Assembly: GCA_038087875.1 (NCBI GenBank)
Contig: CM075997.1
Location: forward strand, 682,001-746,000
From: Malacoraja senta
Lineage: Eukaryota
DNA length: 64,000 nt
Direction: 5' to 3'
Shown here one piece after another: positions 51,550 to 64,000 of this stretch. The position numbers were made by a program, and so were the translations under genes. The notes under the pieces are model-generated. The model saw only the letters and a program-made list of their open reading frames with translations. It was not told the origin of the DNA and searched no databases. Position 1 is the first letter of the stretch; each line of letters opens with the position of its first letter.

Positions 51550-52442
51550 TTCCTTGCATGTTATTCCAACCTTGTTTTTCACATCGTTCATTAACAATTA
51601 AGAAAATCACATGAATTTCGAGATATGTACAGCAGCGTTTTATCACAACTAAACCAATAAATATCTTTTGTGAAATATCTGTGCAAAGCCTATTTTATGC
51701 TACGTAGTTACCACATATTACCAAAGCAAAACAATTACTGCTAGGAAGGGTTACGTTTTTTTTTAATGCTTTAAAATAACACTAAAAAAACAATTTAACT
51801 GACAAAAATGACGGACTTAATCCCCAGTGTAAAAGTCATTTTTTTTAATCACTGGATGAAATGTTCTTTCTATTCATTTTTAAATTATTGCTGTTCTATT
51901 TATTAAGCTTTTTTTTAATACAAATATATAAGATACAGCTTCATATGAAGGAGAGATTGTCACTGGTGGTTGATTTGTGTTTAGTTTGGAGATACAGCGT
52001 GGAAACAGGCCCTTTGGCCCATCGGGTCCATGCCGACCATCGATCACCCGCTCACACTCGCTCTACGTAATCCCACTTTCTCACCCGCTCCCTACACACC
52101 TAGGGGCAATTTACAGAGGGCCCATTAACCTACAAACCCGTATGTCTTTGGGAAGTGGGATGTGGTGGAATTCGGAGCCGCAGGGAGAACGTGCAGGGAG
52201 AACGTGCAAACTCCACAGACACAGCACCCGAGGTCAGGATTGAACCCGGTGCTGTGAGGTAGCGGCTCAACTAGCTGTCCCACTGTGCCCCCCTGTGGTG
52301 TAGGTCTACATCAGAACAATCGGTGCAAGTGTAACTGGAAACTTGCACTCAAAGGACCAGCGATCTGATTGTCCGTGATCCAATCCTTATCTTCAACAGC
52401 GTCCCCTAGCAGTTAAACAACAAACCATTGCATTTCTGTAGA

Positions 52443-52750
52443 TTTTAGTTTTTAGAGATACAGCGCGGAAACAGGCCCTCCGGCCCACCGAGTCCGCAGC
52501 GACCAGCCATCCCTGCATATTAACGCTACCCTACACGCACTAGGGACAATTTTTACATTTATACCAAGCCAATTCACCTACATACCTGCACGTCTTTGGA
52601 GTGTGGGAGGAAACTAAAGATCTTGGCGAAACCCCACGCGAGTCACGGGGAGAAGGTGCAGACAGCACCGGTAGTCAGGATCGAACCGGGGTCTCCGGTG
52701 CAGCAAGCGCTGTAAGGCAGCAACTCTACCCCCATGCCACCGTGCCGCCC
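52443..52750 (-). mobile_element. HE1-type V-SINE in the putative otx5 3' UTR (another at about 51975-52292)
   Basis: Same tripartite structure. Confidence 0.8.
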
Positions 52751-53561
52751 AGTTGCCTGGGGTGATGCCCAGCTTGAATGAACACTTCTCAAAACGCCTT
52801 ACCAACTTGATTCCAATAATGTCAATGAAGGAGAGGTCAGTCTCTTAAAATAAATATTGCATTCCGTGTAAACCTTAAAAGGAGGTCCATGCACACACGA
52901 AGGGTGTAAGAAAGATGCTGGTTTAAATTGAAGGTGGACACAGAATGCTGGAGTAACTCACCGGGTGAGGCAGCATCTCTGGAGAGAAGGAATGGAGAGA
53001 TGAGGACCCGTTGGGTCTCAACCCCGAAACCTCGCCCATTCCTTCTCTCCGGAGATGCTGCCTCACCCGCTGAGTTACTCTAGCATTTTGTGTCACAAAA
53101 TCCAGCACAACAGCCTGGACAAAGTGGATGTGGAGAGGATGTTTCCACTAGTGGGAGAGTCTAGGACAAGTGGGCACAGCATCAGAATAAAAGGACGTGC
53201 CTTTAGAAAGGAGATGAGGGGGAATTCCTTTTGTCAGACGGTGGTAAATCAGTGGAATTCTTTACCACAGACGGCTGTGGAGGCCAAATCGATTGGTATT
53301 TTTAAAGCGGAGATTGATGGGTTCTTGGGCCGTCAAATGTTACAGGGGGAAAAGAGGAGAAATGAGGTTGAGAGAGAAAAGTAGATCAGCCACGATTGAA
53401 TGGCGGAGTAGTCTCGATGGGCTGAATGGCCTAATTCTGCTGTTATGTCTTCTGGTCACACACAGACCTTTGGGACAAGGTGGCTGTCATTGCAAAATAC
53501 AATGAGAGGAACTGGTGCAAACGCTCATCTAGTTAGCACCCCACCCCCTCTCTCTGACTAA

Positions 53562-53998
53562 AGGGCCTGTCCCACTTACGCAACCTTGGCTCGCAAATTA
53601 CGCGACCTCGTGGTCGCTTGAGGCGTACGGGCACCGTATGGCCGCGCGGGGCCGGTCCCACTTAGAAGCGAGGAGTTGTGTCGGGCTGGTCCCGAGATCG
53701 CGCGGGGCTCCGAAATTCTGGCAGTGGCCGAAATCTTCGCGCGCAAACAGCCCGTCGGCACGCAGGCGCATTGCGGTCGTACGCAGCGTCTTGATGGCGT
53801 ACGCCTAGCGCGTGGCGTTGCACGATGACGTCACCGCCCGGCGTGGCGTTGCGTGATGACGTCACCGCCCGACGCCCAAATTCAGTCCACCCGCCTCCTG
53901 CCCAGCTGATTGGTGAGTATGACGCAAATGACGTCACGCGCGAACTTCCGTTTGATCGCGCCAAATGCATGCAATCGCATGCAAGTGGGACAGGCCCT
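53562..53998. mobile_element. Intact PIF/Harbinger-type MITE with TAA target duplication
   Basis: TAA|AGGGCCTGTCCCACTT ... AAGTGGGACAGGCCCT|TAA; CpG-rich interior. Confidence 0.85.
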
Positions 53999-55189
53999 TA
54001 AATAACACACAGTTGTAAACATCCCCTGAGTGAGACTGTGTGTTCCTACAGGAATGCTAAACGTGATCACTCCTCTCACACAATCATCCAACAAGCCCAA
54101 ATCCACAACTTGCTGACAATTGCTTTTTAATGAGCTACTAAGGTAATTCTTCAGTTGTTAAAATGCCCCTAAAATAAAATGAAACAAAACACACACACAC
54201 ACACGCACAAAAAAAAGAGCAAAAGACTTATCGAGAGAGGGAGACTTCTTAACCTGTCCCACTTAGGCGAGTACAGGCGACTGCCGAAACATTTTCAACA
54301 TGTTGAACAATTTTCGGCAATAGTGGCGACAATTTTGATGTTGTAGGTTGTCATAGGTTGTCGTAGGTGCTGTTGCCAGGTGTTGTAGGTGAATTCCATT
54401 AAACCTAGTCCCTGGCAGTCGCCTAAGGCCCTTAAGGCTGGGAAAACCAGACTAAACGTTCCCACGAACCCAACTCTTCAGCCAGACTCTTTCTCTCTGG
54501 ACTCCAGCAACGTTTATGGAACAGTGTTGTTTGTTAGTCTGTCATGACTGCCCTTCTTTCCGATATCTGTCCTTCTTGACTGCAAAAGGTAAAATAGACG
54601 GGTCTGATCAATTGTTCACTGACTGGGAAAAAAAATAATTTCCCCTCAAAGTATCTCAGTTCGTTGAGAGTGTGGGAGGTGGGAAATGAAGCAGGTCAAA
54701 CTTCTCGGAGATATTTCAAGGATCGCTGAGGTCTCTTTTGCAAAGTTCTTGGCCAGCACAGACCCCCCCTGCACAGGCCGGCACAGAGACAGATGAGATC
54801 TATCTTCGCCAGTGTTGGAAGGAACTGCAGATGCTGGATAAAACCAAAGGTAGACATGAAACGCTGGGGCAGCTCAGCGGGACAGGCAGCATCTCTGGAG
54901 GGAAGGAACGTTCGGGTGGCGTTTCGGGTCTCGATCTGAAACGCCACCCGTTCCTTCTCTCCAGAGACGCTGCCTGTCCTGCTGGGTTACTCGGCCATTT
55001 TGTGTCTATCTTCAACCTTCACCAGTTCCGGTCTGGAATGGCCATTGCTTCTGAAACTCCTTTGCACAACTCGTGACACCGATTGGTTTAGGGTGAGGCT
55101 TTGGAGGGTCCGGCAGAGTTGATGTTGAGATGGTTGGGGGGGGGGGGGGGATGGGGCGGTGGTGGGATTGTAGAAACTCCATGGTGGCT

Positions 55190-55810
55190 TTACAAGACCT
55201 GGAACTTCCAAGAGGTCTGGTCCTTGTAGTCCAGGCAGTCGGCCGCATTGAAGTTTAGCTTCCAGGAGGAGCTTTGGTCCTTGTAGTCCAGGCAGTCAAC
55301 GGTGCTGAAGCCCAGACCAGCGGAGCCGTAACCTTGGGCGGAGAGAGAGGCCGGGGACTGGCTCAGGTGGCCTCCCATGGTGGGGGTGCCCAGCGGACTG
55401 AGCGCCGAGCTCGGGGCAGAGAGCTGGGGGTGCATAGGGGAGAGGTAGGAGCCACAATCCAGGCCGCTGAAGTAGGAGGTGGAGCCGGTGTAGCCCTGGC
55501 CGTAGCCCTGGGCCTGGCTGTAGGTGATGGGGTAGGCGGCCGAGCGCTGCATGCACGAGGCGGTGGAGGAGAGCGGGTCCGGGATGGGCGAGATGGACGC
55601 CGGGCTCCAGATGGACACGGTGGCGTTGGAGGTGGAGCTGGCGGTCACCCCAGCACACGGCGGGGTGGGGCTGTAGTGGCCGCCGCTCGCTGTTTCCGAG
55701 CCCGTCTCCCTGGCCGGGGAGTTCTTCTTCTTGGCCGGCCGAGCCTTGGCCTGGCCACTCGTCTGCTGCTGCTGTTGGCGGCACTTGGCCCGCCGGTTCT
55801 TGAACCACAC
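55190..55810 (-). CDS. otx5: Otx5/Crx-class K50 homeobox gene, last coding exon
   Basis: Acceptor ttgcag|GTG TGG TTC. Encodes [16 protein letters not shown] (K50), the basic PAKKK motif, the SIWSP motif and a duplicated Otx tail ([35 protein letters not shown]). It lacks the Otx1 His-rich insert. Confidence 0.93.
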   Translation of the reverse strand: MWFKNRRAKCRQQQQQTSGQAKARPAKKKNSPARETGSETASGGHYSPTPPCAGVTASSTSNATVSIWSPASISPIPDPLSSTASCMQRSAAYPITYSQAQGYGQGYTGSTSYFSGLDCGSYLSPMHPQLSAPSSALSPLGTPTMGGHLSQSPASLSAQGYGSAGLGFSTVDCLDYKDQSSSWKLNFNAADCLDYKDQTSWKFQVL

Positions 55811-55838
55811 CTGCAACGGGACGGTTAAACCGGCATGA

Positions 55839-56755
55839 GGATAGTCTCGGCTGGTACTCGCTAGAATTTAGAAGATTGAGGGGGGATCTTATAGAAACGT
55901 ACAAAATTCTTAAGGGGTTGGACAGGCTAGATGCAGGAAGATTGTTCCCGATGTTGGGGAAGTCCAGAACAAGGGGCCACAGTTTAAGGATAAGGGGGAA
56001 GTCGTTTAGGACCAAGATGAGAATTTTTTTTTTCACACAAAGAGTGGTGAATCTGTGGGATTTTTTGCCACAGAAAGTAGTTGAGGCCAGTTCATTGGCT
56101 ATATTTAAGAGGGAGTTAGATGTGGCCCTTGTGGCTAAAGGGATCAGGGGGTATGGAGAGAAGGCAGGTACAGGATACTGAGTTGGATGATCAGCCATGA
56201 TCATATTGAATGGCGGTGCTGGCTCGAAGGGCCGAATGGCCTACTCCTACACCTATTGTCTATGTTTCTATGAGAACAACATCTGGAGAAGATGTACAAG
56301 GATGTTGACAGATGAGCTGTTTGTCGGCATTGGGCCTGTACTCACTGGAGTGTAGAAGGATGAGGGGGGGACCTCATTGAAACTTGCCGAATAGTGAATG
56401 GCCTGGATAGAGTGGATGTGGAGAGGATGTTTCCACTAGTGGGCGAGTCTAGGACCAGAGGTCACAGCCTCAGAATAAAAGGACGTAACTCTAGAAAGGA
56501 GATGAGGAGGAATTTCTTTAGTCAGAGGGTGGTGAATCTGTGGAATTCTTTGCCGCAGAAGGCTGAGGAGGCCAAATCAGTGGATATTTTTAAGGCAGAG
56601 ATAGATAGATTCTTGATTTGTACGGGTGAAAGGGGTTAGGGGGCGACAGCAGGAGAATGGGGTTAGGAGGGAGAGATAGATCAGCCATGTTGAATGGCAG
56701 AGTAAACTTGATGGGCCGAATGGCCTAATTCTTCTCTTATCACATGACCTTATGA
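55839..56755 (+). mobile_element. Two adjacent CR1 3' fragments in the last otx5 intron
   Basis: ORFs 55876-56181 and 56394-56639 are CR1 ORF2 C-termini. Confidence 0.88.
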
Positions 56756-57884
56756 CTCGAGGGCCCGAGCTTGGGACAAGCTAGGAGTTTATTATTTGGA
56801 GCGCAGGAGGATGAGGGATGATATTATAAACGTGTAGAGTTGTGGACTAGAGATAAGCACGGAAACAGGCCCTTCAGCCCACCGAGCCCACGCCATCCTG
56901 TGAGCAGGGAACGAGTGATATAGATGGTACGTAAGACAAACGATTTTTTTTTTTAAATTCCCCATTCCCATGACTCTCAGTATGAAGAAAGGTCTCGACC
57001 CAAAACGTCGGGTCGGGACCCTTCCTTCTTCAGACTGAAAGTAGAGGGGGAAGGAATGGAACTGGAGGTTGGAAAAGGCCAGAACAAATCAGGGTCGGCA
57101 ACAGATGACTAAGGACGTGTGGAGCCCATGTGACTGTTCTATCTTCTACACCACATTAACAAGGAGAACATCCCTTTGAGTAAGGTAGGCACAAAATGCT
57201 GGAGTAACTCAGCGGGACAGGCAGCATCTCTGGAGAGATGGAATAGGTGACGTTTCGGGTCCAGACCCTTCTTCAGACGGGTCCCGAAGAGGGGTCCCTA
57301 TTCTTTTTCTCCGGAGAAGCTGCCTGACCCGCTGTTTCTCCAGCACTGTCCGTCTGTCACGCATTTCTTTGGACCAACATAGACATGATGGGCAGATGGC
57401 ATCGTAAGATTTCGGCAAGCCTAATTCACCCCAATTATTAAAAGGGTGTATGAAATGATAATCCTCTGAATCCATTCAGACTTTACAGTTAACCGCAGCG
57501 CCCGTGGCAATATGCAAACTGCAGTTCCACATTTTTTATTTATTGATAGTGATGATTTAAACCTGTTCCTGAACAGAACCTGTCAGAACAAGCAGCCAGG
57601 GGAGAGCGTGTGGCTGCACGGAGCGCGATGTACCACCGTCCTCTCCCCTGGCTTGGCAGAGCGAGAAGTGGCAAGATCAATGGAGCAGAAGGAGTCCGGT
57701 TGAGTTACTAATGTGCCGCAACGGGGGCGGCCTGTCACACTGCCGCCTCCGTCTCTGACAGGTTGCTGGGCTTGGATCTGCAGAGTTGCACTCCAGGGAG
57801 TTTGGCTGTTCAAAGGGGCTGAGCCTCTAATGGGACGTCAGACAAGGCTTTAAAGAGAAGGTGGGACTCACAGAGGCTCGGAGA

Positions 57885-57943
57885 GAAAGAGAGAGAGGGA
57901 GACACACACACACACACATACACACACACACACACAGACACAG

Positions 57944-57975
<32 letters not shown>

Positions 57976-58081
57976 ACGCACACACACACACACCCACACA
58001 CACACACAGACACACACATACACACACACACACACAGACACACACAGACACACGCACACACACACACAGACAGACACAGAC

Positions 58082-58140
<59 letters not shown>

Positions 58141-58315
58141 TGCAGACACACGCACACTCACCACACAGACACATATACACACCCATAGACACACACACAC
58201 ACACACTCAGACACACACACACACACTCACCACACAGACACACACACCACACTGATACACACAGACACACACACACACACAGAGGTTACAGAGAGAGAGA
58301 GAGAGAAAGAAAGAG
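57885..58315. repeat. Compound (CA)n/(GA)n microsatellite in the last otx5 intron
   Basis: Directly visible. Confidence 0.97.
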
Positions 58316-58466
58316 ATTGCTGGAGATGCTTAGTGGGACAACATCTCTAGAGAGATGGAATAGGTGACGTTTTGGGTCGAGACCCTTCGTCAGACGGGTC
58401 CCGAAGAGGGGTCCTGATGTCACCTATTCCTTTTTCTCCAGAGATGCTGCCTGACCCGCTGAGTTA

Positions 58467-58742
<276 letters not shown>

Positions 58743-58921
58743 TTACATTTCCAATTTCTTCCCAGCTGTTATCAGGCAACTGAACCATCCTACCACAACC
58801 AGAGAGCAGTGCCACCCAACTACCATCTACCTCTTTGGTGACCCTCGCATCAGACTTTGCTGGTTTCACCTTGCTCGAAACGTTATTCCCTTATCATGTA
58901 CCTATACAGTGTAAATGGCTC

Positions 58922-59048
58922 TGAAGAAGGGTTTTGGCCCGAAACGTTGCCTATTTCCTTCGCTCCATAGATGCTGCTGCACCCGCTGAGTTTCTCCAGC
59001 ATTTTTGTGTACCTTCGATTTTCCAGCATCTGCAGTTCCTTCTTTAAC
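58922..59048 (+). mobile_element. Penelope mini-element in the otx5 intron upstream of the homeodomain exon, starting at the hammerhead core
   Basis: Exact 16-bp duplication ACAGTGTAAATGGCTC at 58906-58921 / 59049-59064; interrupts a Rex1-type fragment. Confidence 0.85.
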
Positions 59049-59135
59049 ACAGTGTAAATGGCTCGATTGTAATCATGTATTGTCTTTCTGCTGACTGGTT
59101 AGCACGCAACAAAAGCTTTTCACTGTACCTCGGTA

Positions 59136-59524
59136 AGAAACGTACAAAATTCTTAAGGGGTTGGACAGGCTAGATGCAGGAAGATTATTCCCGATGTTGG
59201 GGAAGTCCAGAACTAGGGGTCACAGTTTAAGGATAGGAGGGAAGTCTTTTAGGACCGAGATGAGAAAATCATTTTTCACACAGAGAGTGGTGAATCTGTG
59301 GAATTCTCTGCCACTGAAGGTAGTTGAGGCCATTTCATTGGCTATATTTAAGAGGGAGTTAGATGTGGCCCTTGTGGCTAAAGGGATCAGGGGGTATGGA
59401 GAGAAGGCAGGGATGGGATACTGAGTTGGATGATCAGCCATGATCATATCAAATGGCGGTGCAGGCTCGAAGTGCCGAATGGCCTACTCCTGCACCTATT
59501 GTCTATGTTTCTATGTTTCTATGG
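59136..59524 (+). mobile_element. CR1 LINE 3' fragment
   Basis: ORF 59161-59424; (CTATGTTT)n tail. Confidence 0.85.
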
Positions 59525-59618
59525 TACATGTGACAACAAACACAACTGCTGATTTGAAAACCACACATCAATCCCAACTATTGACGAATTGATTGATTGA
59601 TTAATACTTTATTATCTC

Positions 59619-60105
59619 CGGGGCAGCACGGTGGAGCAGCGGTAGAGTTGCTGCCTCACAGCGCCAAAGACCAGGGTTCAATCCTGACTACGGGCACTGT
59701 CTCTATGTTCTCCCTGCTCTGTATGTTCTCCCTGTGACCATGTGGGTTTTCTCCAGGTCCTCCGGTTTCCACCCACGCTCCAATGTCTTACAGGTTTGTT
59801 GGTTAATTGGCTTCGGTATAACGGTAAATCATTCCCAGTGCAGGAAGGATAGTGTGGGGATCGCTGGTTGGCGCGGACTCGGTGGATCGAAGTGACTGTT
59901 TCCACTATTTTTTAACAATTTTACCAAAGCTAATTAACCGATATTTCTTTGGAGTGTGGGAGGAAACCGCAGCACCTGGAGAAAGCTCACACGGTCACGG
60001 GGAGAACGTGCAAACTCCGTACAGACAGCACCCATAGTCAGGATCGAACCCGGGCCTCTGGCGTTGTGAGGCAGCAACTCTACCCGCTGCGCCACCGTGC
60101 CGCCC
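59619..60105. mobile_element. Tail-to-tail inverted pair of HE1 SINEs
   Basis: + copy at about 59619-59905 and - copy at about 59910-60105. Confidence 0.75.
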
Positions 60106-61326
60106 ATTATCCTTACACTAGGAGAGAGATTGTGGTCTCTTCCTGTGTACCATTTGGCTGTTGTGTTTTCCACATTGCAGCAGCAACTAGACTTCGAAAC
60201 ACACACCGTTACCTGGGAAAGTCTTTTGTGAATCCAGTCATTCATTAATAGAATGGCAAAATTTCGTTAAAATGTAGACTTATCCAGCAAAATACACACT
60301 AGGGGCTCATAGAACATGGAATAGTGCAGTACAGAGCAGGCCCTTCAGCCCACAATGTCCATGCTATACCAAATGCCAAGTTAAACTACCCCCCTCTGCC
60401 TACGTGTGACCTATGTCCCTCCAATCTCTACATATCCCTAATTGCCCTTTATACAAATATTGTTTAATCTGCAATTAGAATTAATGATAGGCAATGAATT
60501 ATTAGTTTCCTTCTTTTTACTCTGGAGTTGTTTGAGTGATTAAGAGCTTAGTTGAGAGGAATGTTGTTTTTTTGAATAAAATCGTAGAAAGCTTGGCTGG
60601 GGTCTGACAGAGGGGTTAAACGCCACTGCGGGTACTGAGTGTGTAGGAGTGTAGTGTGAGGGTGCGTGAGGTTGAGTGTCGTGTGAATGCGGGTAGGTCA
60701 GAGAGTTAGGTTAGTTTAGAGATACAGCGCGGAAACAGGCCCTTCGACCCACCGGGTCCGCACCGACCGGCGATCCCCGCACACTAACACTGTCCGACAC
60801 ACACTAGGGACGACTTTGCATTCATACCAAGCCATTGAACCTTCAAACCTGTACGTCTTTGGAGTGTGGGGGGAAACTGAGGATCTTGGAGAAACCCCAC
60901 GCAGGGCACGGAGAGAACGGACAGATAGTTGTTCTATCTGGGACATATGACAATAAAACACTCTTGACTCGACTCTTGATAACCCCCATGGTCAGGATTG
61001 AACCCGGGTCTCTGGCGCTGTAAGGCAGCAACTCTACCGCAGCACCACCGTGCGTGCCACCGCTAATGAGCACGTGTGTATAAATGTCTTACACTCCAGT
61101 GCGTCTGTGAAGTAATGTACAGGTTGCACAGGTGTACGCTTGTGCGAGTGATAATGGGTGACAGCATAGATCATTTTTTTAGGGTGTTCAAGAACTAGAG
61201 GCATAGGTTTAAGGTGGGAGGGGAAAGATTTAATAGGAACTTGAGGGGCAACTTAGTCACACTGAGGGTGGCAGGCATATGGAACGAGCTGCCGGAGGAA
61301 ATGGTTGAGGCAGGTGCTATGTAGAA

Positions 61327-61745
61327 AATAGACAATAGACAATAGGTGAAGGAGTAGGCCATTTGGCCCTTCGAGCCAGCACCGCCATTCAATGTGGTCA
61401 TGGCTGATCATCCCCAATCAGTACCCTGTTCCTGCCTTCTCCCCATATCCCCTGACTCCGCTATTTTTAAGAGCCCTATCTAGCTCTCTCTTGAAAGCAT
61501 CCAGAGAACTGGCCTCCACCGCCCTCCGAGGCAGAGAATTCCACAGATTCACCACTCTCTGTGAGAAAAAGTGTTTCCTCGTCTCTGTTCTAAATGGCTT
61601 ACTCCTTATTCTTAAACTGTGGCCCCTGGTTCTGGGCTCCCCCAACATCAGGAACATGTTTCCTGCCTCTAGTGTGTCCAAGCCCTTAACAATCTTATAT
61701 GTTTCAATGAGATACCCTCTCATCCTTCTAAGCTCCAGAGTATAC
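61327..61745 (-). mobile_element. CR1 LINE 3' fragment
   Basis: ORF 61418-61792 encodes the CR1 C-terminus. Confidence 0.85.
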
Positions 61746-61984
61746 AATATGTGGGCCAAATGCAGGCCAATGAGGCTTGGATGGGGCAACATGGACCAGT
61801 TGGGCCGAAGGGCCTCTTTTCCTGCTGAATGACTCGATGACTTGAAGAGAACGTTGATAGGAAAGGTTTAGAGGGATAGGGGGCAAACACAGACAAATGG
61901 GACTGGCTTAAGTCAGGCATCTTGGTCAGCATGGATTAGTTGGGCCGAAGGGCCTGTTTCAGTGCTTTGTGACTGATATGATTA

Positions 61985-62295
61985 GGTACGGCATGGTGGC
62001 GCAGGGGTAGAATTTCTGCCTCACAGCACCAGCGACCCGGGTTCGATCCTCACTACGGGTGCTGTCTGTATGGAGTTTGTGCGTTCTCCCTGTGACCTCA
62101 TGGGTTTTCCTTGGGAGCTCCGGTTTCCTCCCAAATTCCGAAGAATTACAGGTTTGTAGGTTAATTGGCTTTGGTGGTAAAATGTCCCTCTCGTGTGTGT
62201 GTAGGATAGTGCTAGTGTACAGGGACCGCTGGTTGGCGTGGACTCGGTGGGCCGAAGGGAGTGCTTCCGCGCTGTATCTCTGGACTAAACAAAAC
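61985..62295 (+). mobile_element. HE1-type V-SINE
   Basis: Same tripartite structure. Confidence 0.82.
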
Positions 62296-63076
62296 TTCAA
62301 GAAGAGGTGACAAGAGTGAATCTTCTTCCCATGAACCGACTGAGGCTGTAACCACATTCTGGCACTCATAAAAACAGCTTCTTTTATTACACATTTAATT
62401 AATTCTAATTGTTGTCGTGGAACGTGAGCCCATGCTCCCAGAGCAATCATCTCAGCCTCTACATACGAAGCCAATTACTTAACCATTATGCTACCAATGT
62501 ACCTTGCGTCACTTCCAGGCAATGTGGTTGAATTAAAATAAAATTTTAACTTAAATCTTAATGTTGGCGGCACGGGGCGTAGTGGCTGAGCAACTGCCTC
62601 ACGGCAATAGACATTAGACAATAGGTGCAGGAGTAGGCCATTTGGAAGGCAGACAAAAATGCTGGAAAAACTCAGCGGGTGCAGCAGCATCTATGGAGCG
62701 AAGGAAATAGGCAACGTTTCGGGCCGAAACCTTCAGATAGGTGGATACAGGTGAAGGGGATCTAATAAGCAGAAGAGCCTTCTTGGGATCATTGCAAATA
62801 GGTGATAGAGGGCCAGCAGGGATTCAGTGGGCTGAAGGGCCTGTTCCAATGGTGTATCTCCGTATGATTCTAACTATAAATGAAACCAACAAATTTATAA
62901 ATAGACACAAGAAAGTTCAGATGTTGGAATCTTGAACAAAACACAAAGTGCTGGAGGAACTCAGCGGGTCAGGCAGCATCTGTGGAGGGAATGAACAGAC
63001 AACACCTTGGCGCCAGGATCTCTCTGAAGAAGGGTCCCGACCCAAAATGCCATCTATCCATTCTTTCCACAGACAC

Positions 63077-63540
63077 TGGGCCTTCTGTGACAATGAATCC
63101 CACAGATTCACCACCCTCTGACTAAAGAAATTCCTCCTCATATGCATCCTAAAGATACAACCTTTAATGCTGAGGCTGTGGCCTCTGGTTCTAGACTCCC
63201 CACTAGTGGAAACATCCTCTCCACATCCACTCTATCCAGTCCTTTCACTATTCGGTAAGTTTCAAAGAAGTTCCCCCTCATCCTTCTAAACTCCAGCGAG
63301 TACAGGCCTAGTGCCATCAAACGCTCATCATATGTTAACCCACTAATTCCTGAGATCATTCTCAAAAAAACCTCCTCTGGTCCCTCTCCAGAGCCAGCAC
63401 ATCCTTCCTTAGATATGGGGCTCAAAACTGCTCACAATACCCTAAATGGGGTCTAACCAGTACCTAATAAAGCCTCAGCATTCCATCCCTGTTTTTATAT
63501 TCTAGTTTATAGAATATTCTATATTCTCTCGAAAAAAATG
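63077..63540 (-). mobile_element. Degraded CR1 LINE fragment
   Basis: GLYSLEFRRMRG...ERMFPLVG peptide. Confidence 0.8.
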
Positions 63541-64000
63541 TAAGCGTTGCATTTGCCAAATAAATGGTAACATTGCATTTGTAATATCTCACTTGGATCC
63601 AATAAACTCTTTGTTATTTGTTATGATCCACTTCTGAGGCTTGAGGTTCTTGATGTTCCATACCTATGCGTTCCTCATTGAAATTCTGCCATGTTTTGAT
63701 GTGTTAATCGGATTTGTGGAAGTTTGGTGCTGTGGGACATTCCAGTTGAAGATACTGTCTGAAAGGACACAGGGCGTGTTTGGTTTCTGCCCACCTAACA
63801 CACCCCGGTTAAGTTTCAATAACGACCCAGAGAGGAGGAGCTCAACCGGGGTAGGTGGACAATTGTGTGGGATGGAACCGCTCCGCTCTATGATCTTTGG
63901 ACGGAACTGCGGATGCTATTTTAAACCGAAGATAGACACTAAATGCTGGAGTAACTCAGCGGGACAAACAGCATCTCTAGATGGGAGGAATGGGTGATGT

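Noticed and set aside
55274..56204. 184-aa antisense ORF and 302-aa alternative-frame ORF over otx5
   Set aside because: Shadow frames of a GC-rich exon; the longer one starts in antisense CR1 sequence.
57810..58367. Cys/Val-rich and His/Thr-rich ORFs
   Set aside because: Translations of the (CA)n microsatellite.

Overview
Vertebrate genomic DNA, almost certainly elasmobranch (probably a skate or ray, inferred from the HE1-type V-SINE and HER1/CR1 repeat content). Two host genes converge. On + is the last coding exon of an intron-containing histone H3.3 gene (600-727), which reads 1 nt shorter than expected. On - are the last two coding exons of Otx5/Crx (58566-58717 and 55190-55810); the first coding exon was not found and probably lies beyond the window. 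The ~50 kb between them holds no gene I can recognise. It is packed with nested repeats: CR1, Rex1/Babar, L2 and RTE-like LINE 3' fragments, HE1 V-SINEs, PIF/Harbinger-type MITEs and Penelope-like elements. Short unique islands rich in K50-homeodomain (TAATCC) sites and one strong CTCF motif lie between the repeats. The main result of the hunt is two candidate ribozyme-bearing retroposon systems. (1) A ~140-nt TSD-flanked element in two copies, whose 5' end is a 54-nt minimal HDV/CPEB3-like ribozyme fold (32735-32788 +, 16211-16264 -). (2) An abundant Penelope-derived mini-element family with a minimal hammerhead core (at least 20 cores counted by eye), often inserted as TSD-flanked fold-backs and linked to a Neptune-like RT/GIY-YIG fragment at 41170-42558. 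Ribozyme activity and enhancer function are inferred from sequence only. There is a 200-N assembly gap at 47364-47563. Repeat boundaries are approximate and the repeat list is representative, not exhaustive.
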